From the NCBI GenBank assembly GCA_037440025.1, contig JBBIUX010000004.1, forward strand, positions 4,290 through 68,289: a stretch of 64,000 nt of DNA. The letters are read 5' to 3'. The notes under the pieces are model-generated. The model worked only from the letters and a program-made list of their open reading frames with translations. It made no database searches and had not been told where the DNA came from. The position numbers and the translations under genes were made by a program. Within the stretch, counting starts at the first letter, position 1. Every line of letters starts with the position of its first letter. The DNA comes from Candidatus Fraserbacteria bacterium (GTDB lineage: Bacteria > Bipolaricaulota > Bipolaricaulia > RBG-16-55-9 > DRXL01). This document shows positions 19,310 through 28,720 of this stretch, one piece after another.

Positions 19310-20479
19310 TCACAGCACGCGCCGCTTGAATTCAACCCGCCGGATAAGCCCGCTCTCCAGGGCTTCACGGATACAACCCGGCCCGTAGGTCAAGTAAATC
19401 GTTGGGAAGGCGATAAACTCTTCATTGCGCCTAAAAGTCTTCAATAAAACATGCCCGCCCGTGCTCAAGATGAGCGTGTCACTTCTCTCTGGGATGGCGA
19501 GCCATTCGGCTTGAGCATCCAGGTGCTTGGGAGCGTACTGCTTCCACACTCCTCCCCCAAGATGTGGGATCTGCGGAGCCGTTGTCGTCGTGAGAATGAC
19601 CAGGGGCATGGTGGGGATCACTTCAAAGCGCCTCATGGCTTCAAAGACCCCTTCAGTCGGAATGCGCTTCTCCTGAGTTTCAGAGAACTGAAAGATAAAT
19701 TGAGAACCTTCGAAGCGCACGTGGCGACGCTTCCTCTGGGCGTCAATACCCTCAATCATAAAAGTATCTTTGATATATTTCTCTTCAGGCACGGGCATCT
19801 CCCAAAAGGGAAAGCCCTCACGGTACAGTGCCTCCAGGACGTCAGCAGTCTCTTTCTGTAAAGCCTGCGAGTAGGCAACTTCAGGGATGACGTCTATACC
19901 CAGTAATCCCAGACAGTCCTGACGAACCCTCAGGAGCCGTTCGCTCACTTTCCCCGGGCCAGAATGCTTTTGAAAGATCGCGTCCACCTGGTCGAACCGC
20001 GCCCGAAACGCTTCGCGCTTCTCTTCGGGAGCGCTCTTGACTCGGTTTTGCCCATCTTTCAAAAATACGGCGTGATCATAGAAAAGACCATCTTGTAAGC
20101 TGGGAATGATATCCGGCTGCATAACTTTGGGGTTCACGATGCCAAACTGCACTGTATAGGCTTTCGGGGTGTCAGTTCTGGGAATATAGTTATCATATGC
20201 ACAATTGATGACTTGGTCGCGCCGCAGCCCGGCTTGGTCTACGATTTTAGGCAGAACATAATTCCCAAAGACTTCATCGAAGGGAAGATTTGGAGTCAGG
20301 TGTGAGAAAGTACAGATGAGCTCCGTCGCGCCATACAGCTCTTTGAGATGGGGAAAGCGCCGCGGAAGATCTCGACGTTCGCGCAGCAAGCGTGCGTTCT
20401 CGCGAATGATCTCCCGGACGTCAATACAATCTACGACATCCTCGACAGCCTGTGGACATCCCATAGTTGGATCGCACAA
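19310..20479 (-). CDS. Conserved hypothetical 389-aa cytoplasmic protein of unknown function. The start may be TTG at 20479 or ATG at 20464.
   Basis: Long ORF with coding-like composition and no recognisable motifs. It lies immediately upstream of the TSUP exporter on the same strand. Confidence 0.5.
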   Translation of the reverse strand: MCDPTMGCPQAVEDVVDCIDVREIIRENARLLRERRDLPRRFPHLKELYGATELICTFSHLTPNLPFDEVFGNYVLPKIVDQAGLRRDQVINCAYDNYIPRTDTPKAYTVQFGIVNPKVMQPDIIPSLQDGLFYDHAVFLKDGQNRVKSAPEEKREAFRARFDQVDAIFQKHSGPGKVSERLLRVRQDCLGLLGIDVIPEVAYSQALQKETADVLEALYREGFPFWEMPVPEEKYIKDTFMIEGIDAQRKRRHVRFEGSQFIFQFSETQEKRIPTEGVFEAMRRFEVIPTMPLVILTTTTAPQIPHLGGGVWKQYAPKHLDAQAEWLAIPERSDTLILSTGGHVLLKTFRRNEEFIAFPTIYLTYGPGCIREALESGLIRRVEFKRRVL

Positions 20480-20522
20480 GACTATCAGAGAAAAAAGCGC
20501 CCGGCAAGGTGCTCGATGTCCC

Positions 20523-20551
20523 TTGACGGACTAGCCCTGATCTGATAAGAT
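20523..20551 (+). promoter_or_regulatory. Sigma70-like promoter TTGACG-17nt-TAAGAT upstream of rpsT.
   Basis: Hexamers and spacing read directly. It sits 70-100 nt upstream of the S20 coding region. Confidence 0.4.
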
Positions 20552-20623
20552 ATTTCAGCTTTCTCAGGATGTGCTTTCACAGCGTTACAGAACAGACGTA
20601 AAGATACATTGAGGTGATCTAGT

Positions 20624-20884
20624 ATTCCCAACGTACGAGCAGCTGAAAAGGCCTTACGAAAGAGCGAGAGGCAACGCCTGCGCAATCTCACACGCAAAGA
20701 GGGTATCCGTCAGGTCATGCGGCAAATTCGCAAGCATCTCAGCGCGGGCCAGCGAGAAGAAGCCAAGGCGCTCTTGCCCCAGTTGACCAAAATCGCCGAC
20801 AAGGCGGCGGCACGCGGCACGATCCACAAGAACAAGGCGGCACGCTTGAAATCGCGCTTCATGAAGCTAGTTGTACGCGCTTAA
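20624..20884 (+). CDS. rpsT: 30S ribosomal protein S20. It has no in-frame ATG/GTG/TTG. The probable start is AUU at 20624, which is preceded by GAGGTGA and a 6-nt spacer.
   Basis: Translation IPNVRAAEKALRKSERQRLRNLTRKEGIRQ...GTIHKNKAARLKSRFMKLVVRA matches the S20 family (SAEKR..RN...IHKNKAARxKSRL). An in-frame TGA at 20615 precludes upstream canonical starts. The gene was missed by the M-start ORF track. Confidence 0.7.
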   Translation: MPNVRAAEKALRKSERQRLRNLTRKEGIRQVMRQIRKHLSAGQREEAKALLPQLTKIADKAAARGTIHKNKAARLKSRFMKLVVRA

Positions 20885-20890
20885 GGCTCC

Positions 20891-22633
20891 ATGTCCCAGA
20901 GTGTCATCGCGCGGTCGCTGCTGCACAAGCGTCGCTGGCGTCTCAAAGATTTTTCTGCCGAACGGGCAGCGCAGATCGCCCGTGAGTTCGGGTGTTCTGC
21001 TCCCTTAGCTCGTGTAGTAGCCGTGCGTGCCCCCGACAACCCGCAAGAGCTCCTCCATCACAATATAGAGCAAGTGAGTTCGCCGTGGGAACTGCTGGGA
21101 GTCAAAGAGGCCGTTCAACGGATTGATCAAGCCCTGCACAGGAACGAGAAGATCTTTATCCAAGGGGATTTTGACGTTGATGGCATCACAAGCACGGCGC
21201 TGCTCTATAAAGCATTGCGCCGGCTCGGAGCCCAAGGTATCAAAGTTGATCTCTCCGATCGAGAACGGGGGCATGGTCTCAGCCCTGCTGTTATCGAGCG
21301 ACTCAAACACGAAGGGTTCTCGCTTTTAGTGACTTCTGATTGCGGCATCTCCGAAGTTGAGTTTGTGCAGAGCCTTCAAGAGCACGGCATTGACGTGATT
21401 ATCAGCGACCATCACCATCCGCCACCGCACCTCCCTCCAGCGCACGCTATTATCAATCCGAAACAGCCGGGATGCGCCTATCCTAATAAAGATTTAGCTG
21501 CTGTGGGTGTGGTCTTTCAAGTAGTGCGCGCGCTCTATGAGCAGCGTGGGCTGCCTCCGCAAGCGTGTGAAGAATTTTTAGACTTGGCCATGCTCGGCAC
21601 GGTGGGCGATCTTGTGCCTTTGGTGCGCGGCGGCCACGCCGAAAACCAAAGACTGGTCGCGCAGGGGCTGCGGCGCATTGCTGAGGGCCACGGCTGTCTG
21701 GGGGTGCGCAAGCTCATGGAAAAGCTCTCGCTCGATCCCCAACGCACAACGACGGCTGAAGTGGGCTATATTATTGTCCCTAAGCTCAATGCGGCCAACC
21801 GCGTGGGTGACCCCCGCGATGCGTTTATGCTCTTAGTGACGGCACTCCCTGAAAAAGCCGACCAGCTCGCAGCCAAATTGCTGGCGTATAACCAAGATCG
21901 CCAGATCGCTCAAGATGACTTACTCTACCAAGCCGAAGAGATGCTCCATCAACAGCCGGACTGGCAGAACGAAAGGCTTATCTTTTTGGCCGGACAGTAC
22001 TGGAATCCCGGCCTTATTGGGCTGGTCGCTTCGGATTTGGCCGAAAAGTATTACCGCCCGACGATTCTCTTGGCTGTGGGGGACGAAGTCAGTCGCGCCT
22101 CATGTCGCAGCATTCCGGGGTTTGACATCATCGCGGCTTTAGAAGAACATAGCGAGCTATTTGAACGTTACGGCGGTCACGCCATGGCCGCGGGGTTTTC
22201 GATTCGCACCGAGAAGCTCCCTCTCTTGAGAGAGCGCCTGAGCGCCTATGCCCGCACGGTCCTGCGTGATCTGGAAGGCCCCCTGCACGAACTCGAAACG
22301 GAGCTCGCACCAGAAGAGATCACACTGGAAACGCACGCCGATATCTTACGATTAGCGCCCTTTGGCATGGGGCATCCCACACCGCGCTTTCTCCTGCGCT
22401 CTGCCCGGATTGTGGAGCTGCGCACGGTGGGCAACGGGAGCCGCCATCTGAAGCTCAGAGTCGAAGCTGGGGGCAAAGAGTTCTCGGCTATGGGGTTTTC
22501 GCTGGGAGAATTTGCCTACGAAGTTGAGCAAGCGGGCCGGGTGAGCCTCGCGTTCAAGCTCGGCTGCGATACCTGGACGGGTCGCCCACAAGTGCAGTTA
22601 GAGATCGAAGATATGCTAGAGCCCTTGATTTAA
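20891..22633 (+). CDS. recJ: Single-stranded-DNA-specific exonuclease RecJ.
   Basis: DHH family motifs DFDVDGITS and ISDHHHPP. A DHHA1-like C-terminal region. Length 580 aa. Confidence 0.9.
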   Translation: MSQSVIARSLLHKRRWRLKDFSAERAAQIAREFGCSAPLARVVAVRAPDNPQELLHHNIEQVSSPWELLGVKEAVQRIDQALHRNEKIFIQGDFDVDGITSTALLYKALRRLGAQGIKVDLSDRERGHGLSPAVIERLKHEGFSLLVTSDCGISEVEFVQSLQEHGIDVIISDHHHPPPHLPPAHAIINPKQPGCAYPNKDLAAVGVVFQVVRALYEQRGLPPQACEEFLDLAMLGTVGDLVPLVRGGHAENQRLVAQGLRRIAEGHGCLGVRKLMEKLSLDPQRTTTAEVGYIIVPKLNAANRVGDPRDAFMLLVTALPEKADQLAAKLLAYNQDRQIAQDDLLYQAEEMLHQQPDWQNERLIFLAGQYWNPGLIGLVASDLAEKYYRPTILLAVGDEVSRASCRSIPGFDIIAALEEHSELFERYGGHAMAAGFSIRTEKLPLLRERLSAYARTVLRDLEGPLHELETELAPEEITLETHADILRLAPFGMGHPTPRFLLRSARIVELRTVGNGSRHLKLRVEAGGKEFSAMGFSLGEFAYEVEQAGRVSLAFKLGCDTWTGRPQVQLEIEDMLEPLI

Positions 22634-24318
22634 TCCAAAGCTATCCGGGCGGCTTTCAACAGATAGACCTGAGCGATAAAGAGCAGGATGGCGCTGGTAC
22701 GACCCAACCGACGTGGTTCTTGGAGAAGCCGATAGAACCATTCGAGCCCCAGTTGTCGCCATCGCTGAGGGGCACGCCTCAAGCGCCCAGCCCACACATC
22801 AAAGCACCCGCCGACGCCCATCATTACTGGCACATCAAGTTTCTGACGGTTCTCTAGCATCCAACGCTCTTGCCGGGGCACACCCAAGCCAATGAGTACC
22901 ATATCGGGTTGGACTTGACGAATGACTTCTAGAACTTGATCGTTCTCGTCAGGGTGGAAATACCCGTGCTGTGTCCCTACGATCTGGAGATTCGGATATT
23001 TTTCAGTCAACCGTTGAGCGGCTCGCTCCGCTACGCCGGGCGCGGCACCCAAAAGAAAGGCTTTCAGCCCTCTTCCTTGTGAGAAGAGCCTTTCTAGGAG
23101 ATCAATTCCAGAGACGCGCTCGCGCAAAGGCGCTCCTAACAGACGCGCGGCCCAAACGAGTCCGGTGCCGTCGGGAGTCACCAAGTTCGCTCGCGCGTAT
23201 GCTTCTCTCAGTTGCCGATCTCGCTGAGCACGTAGAATGGCCGTCGTGTCCGGTGTGCAGACCAGTGCTCTTTGATGAGACACTATGAAATCTTCTATCT
23301 TTTCAACGGCTTCGTCGAGCGACACTCGATCAAGCGGTGTCCCAAAGAGAACTATCTTTTTCATCCCAGCGACGACTCGTCTCAAACGCAGGGCCGCCCA
23401 CACTATTAAGCCGACCCCGATTGCTGTGACCGCGAACACCCCAATCCAAAGCTCCCACGGCAGCCGCGTTGCCAGAAACGCTAGGACGCTCGCGTAGGAA
23501 CAGAACGCATACAGACAAAAGAGCGCTGTGGAGCGCCCGATCTTGAGGCCATCCAGCCAGGCGAAATGGAGTCTTTGACTATACACAATAGAGAGCGTAC
23601 TCGTGAAGGGCAGCCCTAGCGCAATGAGTGGTGCCAAAAGAGCTACCGAAGCCGTTGTCTTCACAAGGCCACTAATGGCCGCGAGCGCCAGACTGTAGCC
23701 GACGGCTCGGCTCCACCGTGCCACCGGCACGGCTCGCGCACGCAATCCCCTCACGGCCACCACAAGCGTGAGCAACAGCATCACGCTGAAAAATTGCTCC
23801 TGCCAGAGGCCGATCAATGCCAAGGCGCTTCCGGCGACAACAAGCGTCTTGGTCAGCAACTTGCCTGTGGAGTCAAGCTGCCCTGCAACAAACAATCCCT
23901 GGCTCACCGCGACGATCCACCCGAGCGTGAAGAGCGAGCTCCACTCACGGGGATAGAAAAAACCTCCGTTGGGGTTGGTGACAAAGTCAATGCGATAGCC
24001 CAGAGCGTAGGCCCATAGACCCGCGACGATCAGGCTGAGAAACTCAACCCCGGGGCGCGGCCTGGCCGCTGAGATGGCGAGCAACGCGGCTCCCAAGAGC
24101 ACTCCCCACAAACGTAGGTCATAGAGATTCCAAAGAAAAAAGAGAGAGAGGGGGATAAGCGTGATGAGATAAAACGCCCCTCTCCGCCAAAACGATTTGG
24201 TGCGACCACTCTTGTAAGAGAGATGCTGCGCCAAAGCGTTCCGCAACGATCTGTCTGTCGTTGCCATGTACCGACGGAATACCCCCTTTGCTTCTCCCAG
24301 TCTAAAAGAAGTCCCCAA
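22630..24318 (-). CDS. Fusion protein: an N-terminal polytopic membrane domain (O-antigen polymerase/ligase-like) plus a C-terminal WecB/TagA/CpsF-family glycosyltransferase.
   Basis: About 10 hydrophobic helices in the first ~310 aa. The C-terminus KIVLFGT...TPDGTGLVWAAR...GVPRQERW matches TagA/WecG N-acetylmannosaminyltransferases. Confidence 0.7.
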   Translation of the reverse strand: MGTSFRLGEAKGVFRRYMATTDRSLRNALAQHLSYKSGRTKSFWRRGAFYLITLIPLSLFFLWNLYDLRLWGVLLGAALLAISAARPRPGVEFLSLIVAGLWAYALGYRIDFVTNPNGGFFYPREWSSLFTLGWIVAVSQGLFVAGQLDSTGKLLTKTLVVAGSALALIGLWQEQFFSVMLLLTLVVAVRGLRARAVPVARWSRAVGYSLALAAISGLVKTTASVALLAPLIALGLPFTSTLSIVYSQRLHFAWLDGLKIGRSTALFCLYAFCSYASVLAFLATRLPWELWIGVFAVTAIGVGLIVWAALRLRRVVAGMKKIVLFGTPLDRVSLDEAVEKIEDFIVSHQRALVCTPDTTAILRAQRDRQLREAYARANLVTPDGTGLVWAARLLGAPLRERVSGIDLLERLFSQGRGLKAFLLGAAPGVAERAAQRLTEKYPNLQIVGTQHGYFHPDENDQVLEVIRQVQPDMVLIGLGVPRQERWMLENRQKLDVPVMMGVGGCFDVWAGRLRRAPQRWRQLGLEWFYRLLQEPRRLGRTSAILLFIAQVYLLKAARIALD

Positions 24319-24392
24319 AACTCGGAAGGACTATAGGAAGAGACGTCGTGGGATATTTGTCTCACACAAAGGTGATGGCAGGGGTGAGAGTC

Positions 24393-24854
24393 CTACACGG
24401 GCTCGATGACCACCCGGCGGTCGTCGCCGTGGCCTTCGCTGTGGGTGTGCACACGGGAAAACTGACTCAATGCTTCGTGGATCGCCTTGCGTTCATAGGG
24501 TTCCATCGGGGCGAGCACGATTTTCTTGCGCTCGCGCAGGGCTTCTTCAGCAAGTTGGAAGGCCAGATCGCGCAGTTCGGCCTTGCGGCGGTCGCGATAG
24601 CCGTCGGCATCTATGTGCACGCTCACAGCGCTCTTGAGCGTTCGCTTGACATAGATCTCGACCAGATGCGCCAGCGCGCGCAACGCCCGTTGATTTCGCC
24701 CCACAAAGACCTGGGCACCTTGCAGATCAACCAAGAGCCCCTCTTCGTTCTCAGTAAACCGAAGGTGGGCCGTCTCACCAGCGATATGAAAGAGCCCTTG
24801 GAGAAAGGCTTCAACGGCCTGCATGACTTTGGGATCCATCGCTGGCAGCCTCAA
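24393..24854 (-). CDS. Jag/KhpB-like RNA-binding protein (KH plus R3H domains); short form.
   Basis: R3H-like C-terminus LAPMEPYERKAIHEAL. Position immediately downstream of yidC, which is a conserved synteny. Confidence 0.6.
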   Translation of the reverse strand: MRLPAMDPKVMQAVEAFLQGLFHIAGETAHLRFTENEEGLLVDLQGAQVFVGRNQRALRALAHLVEIYVKRTLKSAVSVHIDADGYRDRRKAELRDLAFQLAEEALRERKKIVLAPMEPYERKAIHEALSQFSRVHTHSEGHGDDRRVVIEPV

Positions 24855-26463
24855 CTGTTGATACAGGGGCTTCTTCTCTTTGGGATTCGACAGGCTTGGG
24901 ACGACGGCGCAGCTCCCACATCGCCATCATCTGTTGACCAACTTGGACGAGCGTCGAGACAAAATAATGCAGCCAGAGCCCTGCCGAGAGGTCCTTCAGT
25001 AAGAAGCCAAAAACAACGGGGAAGAGCCAGGTCATCACTTGGTTTTGGCCGCTGGCCGGGGTAGGGGTCAGTCTGCCTTGAGCGACCTGCGCCAGCACTG
25101 TGAGGGCGACAATAATATACAGCGAATCGTGTTGACTGAGATCGGTCATCCAGAGAAAGCCGGGGCTCAGATGGATGGCATCGGCGCTATAGAGCACAAC
25201 CCGCCAGAGCAAAATAAAAATGGGAATCTGTAACAGAGCCGGCAGACATCCCCCCAGGGGGTTGACCCCTTCTTTGCGAAAGAGCTCCATCTGTTTTTTG
25301 GTCAATTCTTCGCGGTTTTCGCGGGCGCGGCGCTTCAGTTCGTCTTCGGACATTTTGGGATACAGCGCACGTAATTGGGTCAGCGACGGATAGCGCGTTT
25401 GCAGCCTTTCGATCTTCGGCTGGACTTCTTTCATTTTGGCCATGGAGTGAAATTGGGCGCGCGTCAGAGGGTACATCAAAAGGCGAATAGCCAACGTCAG
25501 CAAGATGAGCGCCCAGCCGTAATTCCCTGTGTACTCATAGAGCAGATTGAGAAACTTCGTCACCAAGGTGAGGGCTTGGCTCCACAGGCCGTGGTCAGTG
25601 ACGTTTTGCAGGCCGGCCTGTTCGAGCAAGAGCAAATTGAGCCGACCGGCGTAGAGCGAGAAACGATACACACGGCTCTCATGGGGTGCCAGCGTCAGTC
25701 CGTCGGAGCGCACTCCCAGAACTTGGCGTCCCTTGGCGTCCGTGCTCACCCAGGGGCGAATGTCCTTCTGGGCAGCGTCGTTGATGAGCCATAACAGAAG
25801 ATCATTCCCGACGAATCCTACACCGTCGAAGTGCCCATAGTTCTGCAGGACTTCGGTCGCTCGCAAGCCGTCAAACAGAAAACGGGCTGTTGCTTGTGCA
25901 CCGTGTACGCCCGCCCCTACAGTAAACCGAAACCCTTCCGGAAGCGAGAGTGTTGCTGTCTCCGAGAGATTTTCTATTCGCAATTCAAAGCCCACCGTGT
26001 AATATGGGTCGTTATTGACTGTGAAGGTCTTTTGAATTTTTAGATCTTCGTTTTGATGGGCAAAAGTGACCTGCTTGACTTTGGGGTTTTCACTGGGAAG
26101 GATTGCTGTCTGATAGATCGCATCCGGAGCGATTGGGCCCAGCGTCAGAACGAAGGGGAAGGTCGTCTCCGGTGCATACAATCTAGAAAGATCCTTTGGG
26201 TTCACGGTGACATCGGGCAGAACTTCTGTCGGAGGAGCCCCCCAGGGGGCCGCGAAATATAAATAGACGCTGGTGAGCGTCCCGCCGGTTTCTGAGAAGA
26301 GATAGCTCACTAGGCCCGTTTTGACTTCGAGTTCACGGGGGCTTTGCTCGCCCAGCAGGCGCGTTTGGATGGTCGTGCGCAAGTCCGACTGCTGGGAATT
26401 TACTGTGCCGACAGCTCCAAATACTATGAGACTGATGATAACCAACGTTCTGTGCGTGGTCAA
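24811..26463 (-). CDS. yidC: Membrane protein insertase YidC.
   Basis: Large periplasmic domain followed by the conserved 60-kDa insertase core (GWALILLTLAIRLLMYPL...PLGGCLPALLQIPIFI). Confidence 0.85.
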   Translation of the reverse strand: MTTHRTLVIISLIVFGAVGTVNSQQSDLRTTIQTRLLGEQSPRELEVKTGLVSYLFSETGGTLTSVYLYFAAPWGAPPTEVLPDVTVNPKDLSRLYAPETTFPFVLTLGPIAPDAIYQTAILPSENPKVKQVTFAHQNEDLKIQKTFTVNNDPYYTVGFELRIENLSETATLSLPEGFRFTVGAGVHGAQATARFLFDGLRATEVLQNYGHFDGVGFVGNDLLLWLINDAAQKDIRPWVSTDAKGRQVLGVRSDGLTLAPHESRVYRFSLYAGRLNLLLLEQAGLQNVTDHGLWSQALTLVTKFLNLLYEYTGNYGWALILLTLAIRLLMYPLTRAQFHSMAKMKEVQPKIERLQTRYPSLTQLRALYPKMSEDELKRRARENREELTKKQMELFRKEGVNPLGGCLPALLQIPIFILLWRVVLYSADAIHLSPGFLWMTDLSQHDSLYIIVALTVLAQVAQGRLTPTPASGQNQVMTWLFPVVFGFLLKDLSAGLWLHYFVSTLVQVGQQMMAMWELRRRPKPVESQREEAPVSTVEAASDGSQSHAGR

Positions 26464-26598
26464 ACTCTTCCATGCCTCCCTACGAATCTTGGCAACACCG
26501 AGCTCGCATCTTGCGAGAGAGAACGGGAAGCCTTTGTGAATATACTCATGGTAGTTTTTTAAGTTTACTGGAGCCCGGAGTGATTTTCAAACTGTTGG

Positions 26599-26628
26599 TT
26601 GAGAACCCCGGCGCTTTCTCTGTATAAT
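26599..26628 (+). promoter_or_regulatory. Sigma70-like promoter TTGAGA-18nt-TATAAT upstream of the resA-like gene.
   Basis: Read directly. An AGGAG RBS and the ATG at 26653 follow. Confidence 0.5.
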
Positions 26629-26652
26629 TTCCCTCACAGGAGCAAAAGAAAG

Positions 26653-27303
26653 ATGCTGAAAAAGCTATTGCTCGGCTTGATCGTTCTCGTGGGGTTGGCT
26701 TGGACTGGAATTATCACGTATTCGTACTTTTTCTATAGCCCTGGCCCGCAGAGCCCCGGCGCTCTGCGCCGCGAAGACCAGATCAACGAGTTCGTCCTGA
26801 AATTCAAGCGAGGGGTTTTTATTGACAAGAACGCTGAGCTTCACTTCGACGAAGAGAGGCCAGATCTGGGCTTTCGCGCTCCCGATTTTGAGCTTGAAGA
26901 CCTCAACGGACAGAAGGTCCAATTGAGTGACCTGCGCGGCAAGCCCGTGCTCTTAAATTTTTGGGCCAGTTGGTGCCCGCCCTGCCGCAAGGAGATGCCT
27001 GACCTCCAAGAGTTCGCAAGTCAATACAGTGAAAAAATTCACGTCATCGGCATCAACTGGAACGACCAGCAGACGACGGTGCAGGCGTTTCTCGATCAGT
27101 ACAGAGTCACGTACACGAATCTGCTTGACACCAACGGCAAAGTCTTTGTGCGCTACGAACTGACGGGGCTGCCTACGAGCTTTTTCATTGATGAAGATGG
27201 CATTATCCGAGGCAAGTGGCTCGGCGCGATGAGCGTGGCCGATATGGTTGCGGCCTTCCAGAAGACGACTCGCGCTCTAGATACAGCTCCAGAAAGCCAT
27301 TAG
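26653..27303 (+). CDS. Membrane-anchored thiol:disulfide oxidoreductase (TlpA/ResA family thioredoxin) for cytochrome c maturation.
   Basis: N-terminal transmembrane helix. WASWCPPCRKEMP thioredoxin active site. It is followed by ccsB/ccsA homologs. Confidence 0.8.
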   Translation: MLKKLLLGLIVLVGLAWTGIITYSYFFYSPGPQSPGALRREDQINEFVLKFKRGVFIDKNAELHFDEERPDLGFRAPDFELEDLNGQKVQLSDLRGKPVLLNFWASWCPPCRKEMPDLQEFASQYSEKIHVIGINWNDQQTTVQAFLDQYRVTYTNLLDTNGKVFVRYELTGLPTSFFIDEDGIIRGKWLGAMSVADMVAAFQKTTRALDTAPESH

Positions 27304-27307
27304 ACAC

Positions 27308-28720
27308 ATGATAGCGTTCTTTCGTGAAGTTGGCAGTGATCTCTACAAATTCTTCACATCTATCACTGTAGCTATTGTCTTGATCTCACTCCTTGCGCTG
27401 CTTTCTATTGTGGGCACGCTCATCCCTCAAGAGACGTTCACCCGCGAAGTGGACTATATCGCCCGCTACGGCATCGCAGGCTACACTATACTCAAAAAAC
27501 TCCAGTTGACGAATATTTTCGGGTCATGGTATTTTCTCTTTCTTATGGCACTCTTCACGCTCAATCTGTCGGTGTGCACCTATAGAAGACTGACGGCCTC
27601 CTGGCGCTACTGGAAGCTCCCCATGAGCTTTATCGCACCCGAGGGGCTGCGAAGATTTGAGCACTCTAGCACTCTTTCAGGGGCCATTGCTGCCGATGCT
27701 CCCGTGCAGATTCAAAGATTTTTGCAGCGGCGTGGCTACCGTGTTCGTGAGCAAAACGGTCAGATTCTCGCCGAGAAATGGCGCTGGGAACGCTTCGGCA
27801 TTGATCTCTTTCATATCAGTTTGCTCGTAGTGATCTTCGGCGGCCTGCTCACCATGCTCTTGGGGTATCGCACATTCGAGATCGCCCATCAGGGCAGTGT
27901 GATCACACTCCCCGGAGCAGACTTTACCGTGCGCGTTAATAGATTCTGGAGCGAAAACTATCAACACTCTGAGCGTGTCATGGACTGGCACAGCGAGCTC
28001 GCCGTCATCGAAGGCGACCGCGAAGTTCTTACGAAGACTATTGAAGTGAACGCCCCCTTGCGCTACAAGGGGTATAATATCTATCAGTCGGCCTTTGGAA
28101 CTGACTGGCAGGGGGCGGCCCGCGTCACGCTCCAGCTCTCTCGCACCGACGGCACCGAGCTGGGCGAGTTTGTGAGCGCCGTCAACGACGGCTTTGAAAT
28201 CCCTGAAGAACAGCTCTTTGTCAAGGTTGGAGCATTTCTCCCTGATTTTGCGCTCACAGAGAATCTGATCGCGTATAGCCGGACACAACGTTTAGAGAAC
28301 CCCGCGGCCTTCGTAGAGATCTATGACGCCCACGGTCTTCGAGTCATGCGCACCTGGACTTTCTCCCGCTCGGAGATGCAACAGTTTTGGGAGACGACCA
28401 TGAGCCGCATCAGTGGAGAAACACCCTACAGAATCAGGCTCGTGGGTATGACTGCCCCGGAATTCACAGGCTTGCAGATCACCAAAGACCCGGGACGGCC
28501 GATAGTCTATTGGGGCTTTCTCTTTGTCATTGTGGGATTGTCAGTGCACATGTACTTCAAGCACAAGCAGATCTGGGTCCATATCTCTGAGAGCGAGATC
28601 GTCATTGCCGGGATGGTGCGCAACAATTTAAGATCGTTCACACACGAGTTTCGTCGTCTGACGGAGGAGATCGAGCGACTTGGGGTCGTGGCACATCCTG
28701 AGCCGGTGCTTATCACTTGA
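27308..28720 (+). CDS. Cytochrome c biogenesis protein CcsB/ResB (system II).
   Basis: ResB-like topology: N-terminal transmembrane helices, a large soluble domain and a C-terminal transmembrane helix. It lies between the resA-like and ccsA-like genes. Confidence 0.8.
   Translation: MIAFFREVGSDLYKFFTSITVAIVLISLLALLSIVGTLIPQETFTREVDYIARYGIAGYTILKKLQLTNIFGSWYFLFLMALFTLNLSVCTYRRLTASWRYWKLPMSFIAPEGLRRFEHSSTLSGAIAADAPVQIQRFLQRRGYRVREQNGQILAEKWRWERFGIDLFHISLLVVIFGGLLTMLLGYRTFEIAHQGSVITLPGADFTVRVNRFWSENYQHSERVMDWHSELAVIEGDREVLTKTIEVNAPLRYKGYNIYQSAFGTDWQGAARVTLQLSRTDGTELGEFVSAVNDGFEIPEEQLFVKVGAFLPDFALTENLIAYSRTQRLENPAAFVEIYDAHGLRVMRTWTFSRSEMQQFWETTMSRISGETPYRIRLVGMTAPEFTGLQITKDPGRPIVYWGFLFVIVGLSVHMYFKHKQIWVHISESEIVIAGMVRNNLRSFTHEFRRLTEEIERLGVVAHPEPVLIT

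Noticed and set aside
24348-25064. 238-aa plus-strand ORF overlapping jag and the yidC 3' end
   Set aside because: It is antisense to two well-supported genes in conserved synteny and has no motifs.
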